A stretch of 63,930 nt of DNA, filler included, from Phoronis australis (taxonomy: Eukaryota > Animalia > Phoronida): NCBI GenBank assembly GCA_002633005.1. It is 7 parts of 7 records of this genome, joined end to end, with 100 filler letters (N's around TTAATTAATTAA, not from the genome) between each part and the next. Parts side by side here need not be neighbours in the genome. Positions count along the whole stretch, not along the records: positions 18,409 to 28,236 come from NMRA01000365.1; positions 28,337 to 35,852 come from NMRA01002012.1; positions 35,953 to 57,663 come from NMRA01000610.1; 4 more parts are not named here. One strand, 5' to 3'. The translations under genes and the position numbers were made by a program. Shown piece after piece: positions 23,258 to 36,520 of this stretch. Each line of letters begins with the position of its first letter. The first letter of the stretch is position 1. Below the pieces are notes generated by a model. That model was not told the DNA's origin and ran no database searches. It worked only from the letters and a program-made list of their open reading frames with translations.

Positions 23258-25654
23258 AGAGGCTGTTGTTTGTGAACCCTTAGTCATACCACTGTCAAGT
23301 TGAACTGTGTGATAACTAAACAGTTCAGACTTAACAAAAAGGACTTACGTCTCTGGCTGAGAAGATAATTGTTTTGTTACCCTTGTGAATTCTGAATAGC
23401 CGAGCCCAGAATGGGAAATACAACGAGAGCTTGGATGGTTTCAGAGAAACCTTAGAAAACTTACGACAAGTGCCCCAGGGCGTTTTTTTTTTCCTAAAGG
23501 GTGGGTGCTGATAGAGAAACTACAGTCAACCATAAAGCAAATAAATCGTATCTTAACATCTTTTATCGTGTATTTTCGTGAATTGTCTGTTAGGCGTATA
23601 CGTTTTCTGGTTCCTGAAATTAAGACGGGTAAACTAAGACGAGTGAGAAAATCCGTCAATGTTGATGAGTGTTTTTTTTTAGGAAAATTGGCTACGTTCG
23701 CGGGGCCACAATTACAGAAAATTCCAGTGTTTAGTCTAGGACCAGTGAAGGCCACTCATAATTTGATTGAGATGGTATTCTAAGCTTATTATTTATTACC
23801 TATTTAGTTACTGGAGTTGTGTTTGGCCACTTTTTGACAGTACTGAAGAAAGTACAAAGCTCACAGGAAAAGATTATTGGTTAACGATCTCATAATGGTT
23901 ATGTAAATGTCGAGATTAGTCATAAATCGTGCCTCGTTAGCAAAGGATGTTTGTATTACACATGAACTCCAAATGTTATTTTAAGGACACGACAGTTTTC
24001 TATATTTAAATAATCCCAATAATTTGGGGTGCATTCAGGACGGATATATCAAAATTTCAACGCGTTTGGTCACGATTATTTGGAAGCATCCCCACGCACT
24101 GGATACAGAGTCTTGCTGCTGGAAACACGTAAGTGCATAGTCTTCCGTTGATCAAACATTTTATCTCATTTTGTGGAAGCTTATTTCTCGTTACTTTTCT
24201 CACAATGGACAAACACCATATGAACGGAGATGCAGATGTTGCCTCCCGATGTTGCCTCTATTTTTCGAGTTAGATGTTATTTATTCTCTTACTCTTCACA
24301 TTGTCAAGCCTCCTCTTTTTTGAAAAACGATGCATTTTCAACACAAATATATCGAATTTATATAAGATTTCAGTATCACCGTTGACGCAAGAACAGAAAT
24401 TGGCAGTAGAAGGTAAATACATGCAGGGCTGTTTGTTAGGAACAGATGATGTTTTTGGATTAGTGAGATTAGTTCAGACCGGGGGAATCAAAGCAAATAT
24501 TATCATTAGACGTATGAAGATATAATTATTGACTAAGTAAATGGACATATACAGTTTGGGATTATTCAGAGACGAGCAAGAAGTATCAGCTCAGCTACTT
24601 TTGAATACACTCACTGTAGGCCTATGTTTCTAAAAAATACTTGTAGTTTCCACTTAATTTTGTATGCCAAGCTTTCCTATTTTTTCAGTTCCGGCCATCA
24701 CCATACTAGAGTTAATTGGGACTTTTGGCCATGTATTGCGCATACGCCTAAATCCAATGTGATTTTTAGTTTTCTATACACCTAACTACGTTATTTGTCG
24801 CCTTTACTGGGAAAGGCCGGGGCACATGTCCCTAATAATTTGTGCAATCATGGTTGAAAATTAGGAGGCGATCGGAATGCGAAATTGGCAGGATGGAAAT
24901 GGTTCGGAGTAATATTACCAAGGGTGCGTTCCTTAGACATTAGGCCTTCGCGAAACACTTGTAGCGAGAAATCTTCACTTGTGGAACGGAATCAGCGAAT
25001 TATAACCCATAATTGAACATTCCAACCTCACCGACCAATCGCTTCAGTGCTAGGGTAGGGAAAAGTTCTCTGCTCTACTGAGTACTCGAGGTATAAATTC
25101 TACTCCTCCGCGGGTATCAGTGAAATAAGCTCCTGAACCATTCTGAACACCTTGCGACTTTCAAACGGCAGAACGATTGGCCGTAAGACTGAAATTATGC
25201 ACAGGTAACGGTCACCTCCGAGAGGAAATTCGAGCCATGAAAATATAGAAGCATACTCGCGAAACACTCAACTTTCACTCGCGTGATTTTGTGTGGTCTT
25301 GCGTGATCCTCGTTTTATGCGAATTTCTTGCGTCTACCCAACTCACCCCTGTTAGAACTCGACTGTAAACCCGCGATCCGTCAAAGAAGAGAATTTTTGA
25401 CGTAGACCACAAGATTTATATCAGAGTCCATGACAATGAGGAATGTTTCTGGCTTGAACTTATCGCTTTCTCATAACAAAATTCAACTTGGTTCAGTTTC
25501 AAAACCGAAAACACTCTCTTCAAACTCTTACCTTTGACATCAGCTTGTTTTCATTCATAGTCTCACCTATCTTGGAATTACAACTTGCTATCTGATTTGT
25601 TTTTTTAATTATTCATTATCGTTTTTTGTAGGAAAGTTTGAATCCACAAGGTGC

Positions 25655-25725
25655 CATGACTGTGCGCATGACCAGATGTATTCTGCTAATAGCGTGTTTC
25701 TATGAAATCAAACACAGTGTGGCAG
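25655..25725 (+). CDS. Possible first coding exon of a secreted protein (MTVRMTRCILLIACFYEIKHSVA)
   Basis: Acceptor ttttttgtag near 25631, gccATG context, hydrophobic stretch, donor CAG/gtaact; no downstream exons identified. Confidence 0.3.
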
Positions 25726-27574
25726 GTAACTGGGCGAATAATTATTGGATTTCCATCAGGGGTGACGTTTTCGATAAATACACGTCACCGCACATTAACC
25801 GATGGCAGTTGCCAAATCCACCATGACACTGATACCAAATGCATTTGTGAGGGGATTAACAATAGTCATAACCTAAAATGTACACTACTTGGATGTTTCA
25901 ATATTAGCTTTTTAGCTGTGTATTTGCGAGCCTAGGAGTTGCGCCCTTCTAAACTTACTAATAAAAACATAGTTGAGAAAAAATAACGAACACATACGTT
26001 TCACGTGTCTTTCAGTTAATCACAAACAAGGTTAAATTTTATTCGTATCAAGGGTTTCGACAACGCGCAAGTTCCATAGTCTTCCTCCGTCACGTGATTT
26101 CTGACTTACGGCCATTTGCCGTTATAAAATTGGGTTTATCTTGATCCTCTCTCAGCTTAGAAAAGATCTTTGAGCTAGGGAAGAATTGGCAGACCGATAC
26201 GTCATGACTTGAAATTTTATGAGCCCTGAAATCATCTCAAAGTTGTTTAAGGATAATTTTGTGACTTATTTTAGATTGGTAAGTGGCCTAAATCAAGTTA
26301 TTTTCTTTGAAAGTACGGGTTTGATGCCGCTTTAAGAAAGACAGTTCATTTCTGAAGACTTAACAACTCTTTTCTCACGAGCTGTAGCTCACATCTGTTC
26401 CTACATCCACTGTTCATATGTTCTGAACCATAGCTATAGTTATTTTTTTCAAACAAAAGTCCGCTTCCGGTGCCTCTATTTGTAACGGCAAGTAACAGCT
26501 TGCGACGCACGTATCATTTATCTATTATTCGGGACATATGTCGATCATAAACAGCTGTTTTCAAACTTTGACAGGGGACATGCGTAGGCACGTATTTGAA
26601 ACAATGTATATGCATGAAAACTTAGGCCTGTTCTGCAGATGCAAGTTCACGAAAAAGCAAGATAACACAGTTCTTCGTGAGATATAGTATGCATTGCAAG
26701 GAAGCACGCGATCACACTATCCTTACTCGCAAGTGTCTTGCGCCTTTAGAACGCGCCCGGGGTCTCTGTATTTTGGCACATGCATAGGTCTATATAGCAA
26801 AAGACGTTAATCTATGGTGCAACTCGGTACAACAATAACGATTGTTTCACGATGAAGGAAATGTGTTCGTGCGAAAACAGTTTCGAGACATTAAAGGGGA
26901 CGGTAACTGTTTCTAATGTCAATTCTGACTAAACTACGATGCTCTGGTTAGCACAGATAAATTTTCAAGGTAATTAAATTCTACTTTATCAGGCATGCGT
27001 CTCTCTGGAAGTGACGTCTTATCATTCTTGTCATTTTTGTGCACAATTTATTGTGAACATCTGTTAGCTGTATACAATTTTCTAAAAATGTCTGAAAATT
27101 ATTTGCCTTTGCCGAGTATTTTCGGCAGTAGCATGGAAAGGTTTGATGATGCTCCGGTGATTTATTATTGGATGCCCCTCTCGCAATAAAATGCATGGAC
27201 CAGAGAACTACGTCGCCCCTTCTACACACTACATTGAACCAGAATTTATTTGAGTGGGATCAGCGAACTAAATACTGTATTTAGCTCCTTGTTGGCATTA
27301 AGTGATCGCTTGATCTGCATTGGACGGTGGTAGGAGTCGGGGTCCCCAAAAACACGTATCGCGTACAGGGTGAAGCTGCACTAGTTGCTGGTCTTAGACG
27401 CTGCGTTTGACTGTTCACACAGACGGGTGACGTCGTTGTCTTGACGGAGTCACTACGTAGGCCCTAAGGGCATCTCGCGACCCTTCTCCGATTTTAATAA
27501 AGCACTTCTAGCAGTTGACGACGAAGCAGAGAAGGGAACTGACGGTATGGCATCCCTCAAGTTTTTAAACATGT

Positions 27575-27830
27575 TTAGCTGGTAACTGCGTTCATTTTCC
27601 CTTTGTAAGCAGACAGTAAAGCATGTTTGGCGCTCACACGATAGTTTTGCATCACTTCAGCCGTGAAAAGATAAAACGCTACATTTTTGACATGATCGAA
27701 CCATCTCTGAAGGGTCTTCTCATCCACTTGAAATTGGTGAAACGGAACTCCTGCACTCTTGAGTCGAGAGCTCGTGATCAACGTGGAACCCGTTACGCGC
27801 AGTTCCAAGCATACTGAAACAGACTCATAA
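27575..27830 (-). pseudogene. Decayed THAP domain (transposon remnant)
   Basis: GVPFHQF..DEKTLQRWFDHVKN...NYRVSAKH resembles THAP FxFP..RW..xRVCxxHF with lost Cys. Confidence 0.5.
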
Positions 27831-28585
27831 AGATAGGCGGCAAAAGGCGGTCTAACTTGTTACAAGCTGGCGAAAACAACATTACAACCGATGTCAAACC
27901 GACAATCCAAAGCGCATTTAACAAGATGGCAGCATACATATTGTCTATGATGGCAGGGAATCACTCGGATACACTCTTTCACAGTGCTACGAAAGGTAGC
28001 ACTGTACAATGCTGTTTATCATGGCTTCTCATAGACCCTATTCACGCGGCGGCCATTAAGATCCAAAGCGAGGCTCACTGCGATAAACAAAGCGAAAGTA
28101 GACATTGCGTGAGTTATATAGCCGGTCTTTCGAGTCCAACCTGGATATTAAATTTTAATGATGTGTCGACAATTAACCACAGAGACGTAGAAAATTACAT
28201 TAGAGAACAAGTTAAGGCGCCAAAGAGTTGTCTGACNNNNNNNNNNNNNNNNNNNNNNNNNNNNNNNNNNNNNNNNNNNNTTAATTAATTAANNNNNNNN
28301 NNNNNNNNNNNNNNNNNNNNNNNNNNNNNNNNNNNNATAGAAACCTAACGCATTAACATTAACTAGTTTATCGCAATTCTTAGGGTACAAGTTGTTTTTA
28401 ATTTTTACAAGGAATTCAGTTTCAGAAATCATCAATTTTGAAAAACTGCAAATTGTAGTCCACAGTAAATCAATTCAATTAAGCCAATGCTTTACTGCTT
28501 TTTTAACAATCGCTATTGTGGCACTTGTACGAGGTGCCCTCTAACAGATCCTATGGATTAATTCTCGAGGATCTTTCTATTGTAG

Positions 28586-30234
28586 ATGGTGTATGCTGAC
28601 TCTTATTTAATAGGATGTGGCGAAGCTATCTGCGACGACATTGGTCACTATTACGTGTGTAACTATGCACCCGGGTAAGTATAGTCCTTGCAAAAACTGT
28701 GAAAACGTTGTTAGGACAGCTCTTTGGGACGAGCATATTGCCAAATGTGTGTCTTGGCTTAAAATTGGTGGATACCGTGACAAGATGTTGCGGAGCCGAC
28801 GCTCTGTTTGTAGGAGTGCGTGTGAACTCGTACTGTGAAACCAGAGTTTAAATGTTTTGGTCACAAGTAATTGTGCTTATCGATTGCAGTGCTTTGTCTG
28901 GTGATCCTTATATTAAAGGAATATTGGGAACAGCTTGTCCGGCCTTCATCGACAAGGACAACCTATGCGGTAAAAATGTGCTTTGTCTATTTGTTTAATA
29001 CTATTTTTGTATTTGTTTTGACAAAATTATTAAATTGTTTCTGTGCGTAGAACTATTTCATTAAGCATCAGTAGCTCTAGACCATGGTTAAGTCTTAGTC
29101 ATACTACAAATGTTTTTGAGATTTTAAATTTCAGGAGGCCTGCTGATGACTTTTCTTTTATTAAGCGCATTCCAGTCTGTTGTTTAATTGTATTAATTTT
29201 ACATTGCAGAAGTCTTTTGCGAAGCATGTTGATCTGTTTCATTTTGTTTGTTTGTTTTTTGTTTGTTTGCAAACACCCTGTGGCTGTATTTCTTTGCCCG
29301 ATCGACTGGCACACAGTATGCGCATCATTATAACCTATAACTTAATGAGTGAAATCGAACGATGACGACCGTTTTGTCACCTTTTATCACTCTACTTCCG
29401 CTTTTTGTGAGTTTCGTTTACTTTATTCGCACGCAACAGACGGATTTTAATCAATTCAAAGTTGCAATTTCCTAAACGTTGTGAATAGTATAAAGCTCCA
29501 AGCTTGGTCTTTTTGCTTGACAGTGTATAGACCATTTCAAGGGCTATTAAATGGTGTGCAATTTGTATTTGCCTCTGACTCACCGTTCTCGAGTCCATTC
29601 GAGATTTCGCAGTGACTACTCGAGAATTCGGCTATCGGCGTCCTTTGGCAGACGTTTGTGTATAATCGGTTTTTGGAGGCCTTTTCTTAGTTAAAGTGGG
29701 TTTATTTCAATAATCACGTGCGCTCTTTGAAATTAAATTCGGTCATATCTCGAGGCATGTCGCGATATCTTGCTTTTCTAGCGAGGCACTGGCGTTAATG
29801 AACTTACCCAGGTATTCACGAATGCGTACAATGCCGTTGTTTTCGTGTTCGACTCAACTTTGCTGGACTTACTGAAAAATTAACTAGTTTTACCAATCGT
29901 GTCACCCTATATGAGGTACTTCGGGTTATTACTCAATTACGTGTAAATTTACTCTTACAGTGGACGTTTCGTATTGCGCCTGCATCTCTATGCCTCTTGT
30001 TTAATTTTTTCATTGAAATAGGGAGCAAAGTGATTAACTCAACATCGTAATCGTCAGTTCTCTTTCAGGTGTCCATCGTGAGACTGCTTTCAATACATGT
30101 TTCTCCTTTCATTTATGTTTTAGATTGCAAAGGACAGTTTTGTTATAACGGTGGCAACCTTGACCCCGAAACCTGCCAGTGCGAGTGTAAAAATTACGGT
30201 GTTCATAATTATAAGCGGGAAAACAACTGCAAAC
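28586..30234 (+). CDS. CAP/SCP (CRISP/GLIPR-like) protein with EGF-like module, internal exons only
   Basis: Exons 28586-28674 MVYADSYLIGCGEAICDDIGHYYVCNYAP, 28890-28969 PYIKG..ACP..NLC, 30124-30234 CKGQFCYNGGNLDPETCQCEC..NC; GT-AG with compatible phases; last exon unresolved. Confidence 0.85.
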
Positions 30235-31580
30235 GTAAGTTATCTCATGGCAGTCGTGACTTCGCTTTTGACCGCCGCTCGACCCATACTATTATAAAAA
30301 ACAGGTACATATGATAAAAAATCTGTGCTCTATATTTGGTACAGAATAATGTGCACCTGTTTTTCAAATAAACAAGGCCTCGTCAAAATTTGACAGTTTC
30401 TGTGTACTAAACCGCGATTGAATTACCATTTTTCATCTGTGTTCCATATCTGCACTGGATGGATCGACACACGGCCAAAATTTTTATAGAATGCCTTTTT
30501 TTTAGTGTATTTTATAAGTGACAGATTCACCTGCAAATATTTGGTTTATGTCCCATACTGTGGAACATTTAGGCATACCCTTATGAATAACTTCCATTGA
30601 GGCCCTTCAGTAGTTTCTTTGTTAAGCTAATCCAGACAGAGGGGGTGGGGTGTTTTGGGTACTTTAAAATTGCCTTTCACAACCTGGGGTGAAGTTCAAA
30701 AACGCTAGGAACTCGCTGAGACCTTGCTAGAAAGAAAGAAGTTCGCGGGATGACGCGACATAACGCCGCGTATTTACAATCAGAGCATGTGATTTTGGCT
30801 TATTTATCTCACCGAGATACAGCTACATGTACCAGCTCCCTGTTCTAGTTTGCAAACCAAGTTTTGTGAAATACAAGTTGAGGTCCAAAATAAGGCAAGC
30901 TTGAGAAGACTCAGTTGATGAATTGGCTTTGCAGATACTAACTCGTCTTGTGCTACCACAAAGCAACCCGTGTGTGTCCTCATTCAATAAAATACCACCT
31001 AGGATATCAGGATCCTCATACATGTACATGTACATGTACATGTTGGTTATGAACCATATGTTTTGTCATATCAGACGTACTGCCGAGCCGTAGACTGACT
31101 TTACATTTGCTTAGGAACAAGTATGGGGTTTCAATTTTAGTGCTGACTTTATGATAGACCCGCCTAGTGCCTTGCTACACTGTACGTCTTCAGGTGAACT
31201 TTTTAGTATCCTTCTTTTACAACTTTGAAGTCAACATCATGCCAAATCGTAGTGTCTCCCCCGTCTTGTTCGGATCGTTTACTGTTCCTCTGGCTTGAAA
31301 TTTGTATAATCCAATAACATCTCAGCTACTCTGAGCTTTCAGGTGAACGTCAAGCAATACATTTTGTACCGATTGACCCGGCTTTGTTTCTTTTTGTAAA
31401 AAGTGATTAAAATGTTTCCATTTACATTATTCAGGGTGTACATGTATATTGTCAGTTGTTATGACATCATATCGTCAAATTCAATAAAATGAAGCAGAAC
31501 ACTGGGAGAACTGCTAGCGATGACGTTGGTTTAAGTTATTTTGAGACATTTCGTAAAATAATTGGACTCACAATATTTAA

Positions 31581-34500
31581 AGACGAAGGCAAACTATTTC
31601 CATGTCATTTTTAGTCAAAAAAGATTCCTTGGTTATCCCAGAGATAATTTTCTGTTAATTACAGCCTTTGGCAATTTAATTAATTACTCGTCCCTTACTC
31701 CGGAAGTGATGTTCATGGAGTCAAGAATTTCGCGCCGTTTGTTTTTATATAGTCTGACAGTGTGAGTAATCGAGTCAGTCATTGTTCTACCTCGGTTGTG
31801 AAATGTTCGGTCGTCGTTTCCTTTTGCTTACTATTCACTTAACATGCCGCAGTTGCTACGTTGCTTTCCGAAAATTAACACACTTCGCTTTACTTGGGTC
31901 GTTCGTGAGAAGAACGCAGCGTTACCCGTCCACGCAACGTATAACCGAGTATGTGCATTTTCTGCTGTCGGATTACGAAGGTGATATATACGCTGAATTG
32001 TTGAAGGTCCCTGCAAAACAACACCTGAAGAAAGGTGCCATACCGCCGTTGCTGATTCCCAACATTGCCACGTCGCCACTCCCAAGAAGTGCATTTTTGA
32101 AACGAGAAGCCCCGCGAGGTGTGGCTGCTAAAGTGACTGGAGGCACTTCATCTATTGTCACTCGCATTCTTATTTTATAGCATATCAGCAGGTTTTACAA
32201 TCAGAATGGATATATTTACTTACGCATTAGTAAGGCCTCCGTCAAGCCCCTTGAATTTGGAAAACCTCCTCAAGTTAGCTCTGTGATTTCTAAAGTAGGT
32301 ATCTAGAACACCAGCATTCGCATGGGCACCGAAGTCAGGTTGCTGTGTAAAGCATGACAGTGACACTTAAATACAGTTTCCAGGAGTAGCTTGACCTCGT
32401 CGTACTCTGAACAGCATACTAGGCACTCCATTTAGGTCGGCATAACAGTGTGCACCGTGCATTTGCACTAAGAAACCTCACCACGTCTGTCCTCTGTCAC
32501 TGTCTCATTCTTGCATGTGCTTGTGGATATTCTGCCTCATTATACTCGGACTCAAACATATACCCACTTTCCATGAAATAATTCTTCGTCACCATTGCTA
32601 TGAACAATGTCTCTGTGTGCTGAATAACGGATTTACATCACAGTATTTTAACAGAGAGAGAGATGTCTCCGACAACGAGACCCACTATCAAGTCTGTTCT
32701 TCCTACATGTATGTGCAAAAATTATGCCACATTATATCAGAAGCAATGAATTTATTAGAGGCTTCAAAATAGCCGATCACGAAATTAAAATTGAACAGTA
32801 TAAAGGCAATACAGGTTTTTATTAAAGAAGTAGTATCTGTCAATAACTTTTTAAGATTATTTTGGAACATTATCTGGACTCCTCTTGAATTATGAAAAAT
32901 GCCAAGGGATGTGTGCCTCAACAATGCACCGAAATCGTAATCCACTTTACGAAATCAGCTGGCCCCAAAAGCTCATTAAAAGTCTAGGAATATACTTTGG
33001 CGGGAAAGGAAAAGACGTTGAAAAACTGAATTTTGATGAAAAAAAAATCCAAAAGCTTAAAAACTTTATATTTGGGAAAAACGAAATTTGTTTATGAAAT
33101 GCCGAATCTTCGTTACGAAAATGTTTGGTTTATCGAAACTCATTCATGTAGTGTCAACTGTGAGTATCACCAAGAAGAATTCACAGAGTCCATAAACTTA
33201 TTAGAGAATATATTTGCTTATAAACTACCAGAAATAAAAGAAACTGTGACAATTTTGCCATATCAAGAGGGCGATTTGAAATATTTTAATCTGGGAGTGA
33301 TCAAGTTAATTTGTTGTTTAATTGGGTCAAGAGTTTTCATACTGAAGATGAGGCAATTTGGAGGATATACCCGAGGCCTCTTTTTATTTCTGTTGGCGTT
33401 GTTCTAATTTTTTAATCCCATTTTCAACTGAAAACCCTGAAATTCGTAATTTTAAATCCTTTCTAAAAGGATGGTGTCACAACCTTGGGTATTCTTAATC
33501 CTGAAATTTAATGAAATACCAATGGCCAATCAATTGATATGGGACAATTGTAACCTAACTGTTAACGGTTAAGCATTAATTTACCAAGATTTGTACAATG
33601 CAGGGCTCATATTTTGTGATGATTTTTAGATAGCCAGAACAAACTTATTAAATGGGAAAGCATTAAGTAAAATGATAACTTGAAGGATACGTCTATCATA
33701 CCATTTTCTTCCACTACAACGACCTTGGAGAAAGTTCTGAGGGGGGCTGATAGAAGGATTGATAGTTGTAATAACATAAGATTTCAATTTTTAATAGTTC
33801 CAATTCATGAATTAAAACATGATTTATTCAATGGTTTGCTGTAAACGAGATAATTATGCATCTTTACTCATCTGTTATGCAGACGACGAAATTAAAGAAA
33901 TATATAAGCTCCCTTTTAATCTACCCATAAACTCCCATTTGTCTATGTTTAAATGCTTTTTAATCCGCAAAAGGATTTATACAAACAAAATGTTAAAAAC
34001 ATTTGGTATTTCACAAACAGACCAATGTTCCTACTGTGGCGAGGTCCAGACTTTTCAACATACGTCTTACAGCTGTTTCTGTGTTAAACGTTTCTGCAAT
34101 TCTTTACATCATTTCATAAGTAAAGTTTTTAACTTACACACTGAGTCATCTAGGTACCACTTCTTAGTTTGCTTCTTTGGCAATTTAAGTGAAATCTCCA
34201 ATACCATACACAATCATGCTCGAGATTATATTTATACACCATCAAGAGATGGGTCTCAACCGTGTTTTAGTAAGTTCAAATGACGCAGTGAACCTCTTTG
34301 TATTTAACGCCTTGGCCAAAAACTTCAGAACAGTGGATGATTTTACCAGGCATCTCTTTATAATGATTCAAACAATATTGGGTGTTATTTTTAGTCACTT
34401 CTGTTGTATTATAAGAAAACTGACCTTATCTCAAATATACGTAAATGTAAACTTAAGTTAAGTCAATTAAGTCGTTTGAATGCGAGTGTGAATGAGTGTA

Positions 34501-35117
34501 CGAAAGTCCTCCCTCTTCCAGTTTCCCTCCCCTTTTGATCATAATATCGGATAATTATCAGCCCAATATTTAGGAGTTAGTTTCCAGATGATAATTTGTT
34601 CTATGTGTATGACGTATTGTCCTCTAGTAAGTTTTAAAGATATGTAGTTGGGGCCACCAATTCCCAGACGTATCTACTAATCACTAATGATATGCTTTCT
34701 GGGTAAATATACGTATTAAAACAAAAAAGTCTCTGTCACTCATGTCACTACAGTCACTCTGATATGGATTGCCGACTCCAGCCATTTTCAGGTTACTACA
34801 TGCTAAACAATGCCTAAATCCAACGTAACTGAGTTCTCCAACAATCTAGCTTGTCGTAGAACACTTGTCGATGGGAAGTGGTGACGACAAGTTCAGAAAA
34901 ACAATACAAAAACAACAGTAGTACTGATCCTCATAATAAACTATGACGCAGATCCGAATTGGCGCGTAATTCTTGACTCCCTAAGCGTCACTTCCGGAGT
35001 AGGGGACGAGCAAACATTTAAATTACGAGAAGCTGTAATTAACTGAAAAATGTGTCCGGGATAATCAACGAATTTTACTTTTACTAAGAACGACACGAAA
35101 AAAGACTGCCTTTGCCT
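31581..35117. mobile_element. Kolobok-type family A copy 2 (diverged, opposite orientation), interrupted by a LINE
   Basis: TTAA 31577-31580 and 35118-35121; TIRs similar to 13754/15442; THAP remnant 31782-32160 (+); accessory-gene remnants 32395-32500 and 34730-34790 (-). Confidence 0.8.
32510..34728 (+). mobile_element. L1/Tx1-like non-LTR retrotransposon remnant nested in the Kolobok element
   Basis: LNNGFTSQYF..R, IKSLGIYFG, IYTNKMLKTFGISQTDQCSYCGEVQTFQH (C-terminal CCHC); many stops; A-rich 3' end. Confidence 0.72.
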
Positions 35118-35121
35118 TTAA

Positions 35122-35802
35122 AGGAGAATGCCACCCGATTTAATTAGTCTTTTTTACCGTCTTAATCGGTCTATATCCACATGGCCTCGCATACAGTCGA
35201 ACTTACCTTGCCGTTGCAGTTTCGTGGCTAATTCATCAACATAATCACGTGCACATTACGTCTTTGGCTCACTAGTATAATAGTTTGTTGACTCCAAGTT
35301 TAGTTTCCAAGTTTGGCTGGTTAACGTTCGTGATGTCTTAAGTCCTTTTGCCGCGACGGGCCTGATTGGGTTCCGGCCCTCTGGCCGGGATAACAAGCGT
35401 TTTGTGTGTTTAGAACTAAAAAAATCATAAGTCTAAACAACACAGATCTAGGATCTCCTCCTTTCGAACTTTGTAGGCTACGGGTGTTTAAATACCAACA
35501 AATCGGTAACAGCGAAAGAAAACAACACGTTTTTATAAGAACGCGGTGTATTTTTAAGGGTTTTACGTCGAGGTTTGGTGATTTATTGGTTGAACGATGA
35601 CTTCAAACGATAATCTGACACCTGTAACCCGTGTTGTGAACTGCTGAACAGACTGCGTGTGAAACCAATGACGTCATTGGATAAATTCAACACCTCCGTC
35701 TGCCGTCAGGTGTCGGATAACGCAACCGAACGTGACGTTATCGAGTAGAACTACTCGATCTAAATTGATACAAAATAGGTTGTTTTTGGGTGGCATTCTC
35801 CT
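35122..35802. mobile_element. Kolobok-type family B non-autonomous element (681 bp)
   Basis: AGGAGAATGCCACCC...GGGTGGCATTCTCCT termini, TTAA/TTAT flanks; reverse-oriented deletion derivative of 52287-53866. Confidence 0.82.
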
Positions 35803-35952
35803 TTATGTCTATCGAAAACCCGAGTGTTGACAACTAGCAAATTTACGTATTTNNNNNNNNNNNNNNNNNNNNNNNNNNNNNNNNNNNNNNNNNNNNTTAA
35901 TTAATTAANNNNNNNNNNNNNNNNNNNNNNNNNNNNNNNNNNNNNNNNNNNN

Positions 35953-36520
35953 GTTGTATATACAGATGTATCAATGGCTTGGCTCCTGCATATCTCAGCA
36001 GTAAATTCAATAGCAGTCAGGCTGTTTATTCTACACGTTCTTCTGTTGCTGGCAATGTTTCTTCTAAAAAAATTAAAATCTAGACAGGCAAGAGATTTTA
36101 TCTATGCAGCTGCTATAATATGGAATTCTTTTAGCCCAGAAATTAAACGTTCCAATTCAATTACTACCTTTAAAGTTAATGTTAAAAAGTGGCTGTAATT
36201 TACTTAACCTTTTATACCCTGCCTGTCTTAATCATGTCATTTTTTCATTGTCGTAAATACTCTCATTGTCTAGAGTCATCTCTTAATTTATTTCATCTGT
36301 CTTAGTTAATTTTTTTACCATTATTTGTCATTTAGTTATTCTCTTAATTCTCAACCTTAACTGTTTTAATTGTATCTTTGTTACGTATATTTCATTGTTG
36401 TTTTATTACTTCATTGTATTATATTACTGTTTTTCTTGTTGAGGGCCCTCTTGGAAAGCAGTGCTATCACTGAAGAGGCCACCCTCATTTTAAATATCAC
36501 AATAATAAATAAATAATAGA
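35953..36520 (+). mobile_element. 3' end of a CR1/L2-group LINE
   Basis: ORF end FIYAAAIIWNSF..EIK..NSITTFK..VKKWL*, T-rich UTR, hairpin gagggccctctt...aagaggccaccctc, (AATA)n tail. Confidence 0.7.

Noticed and set aside
25655-30234. Joining the signal-peptide-like exon to the CAP exons
   Set aside because: They are on different contigs separated by an artificial spacer.
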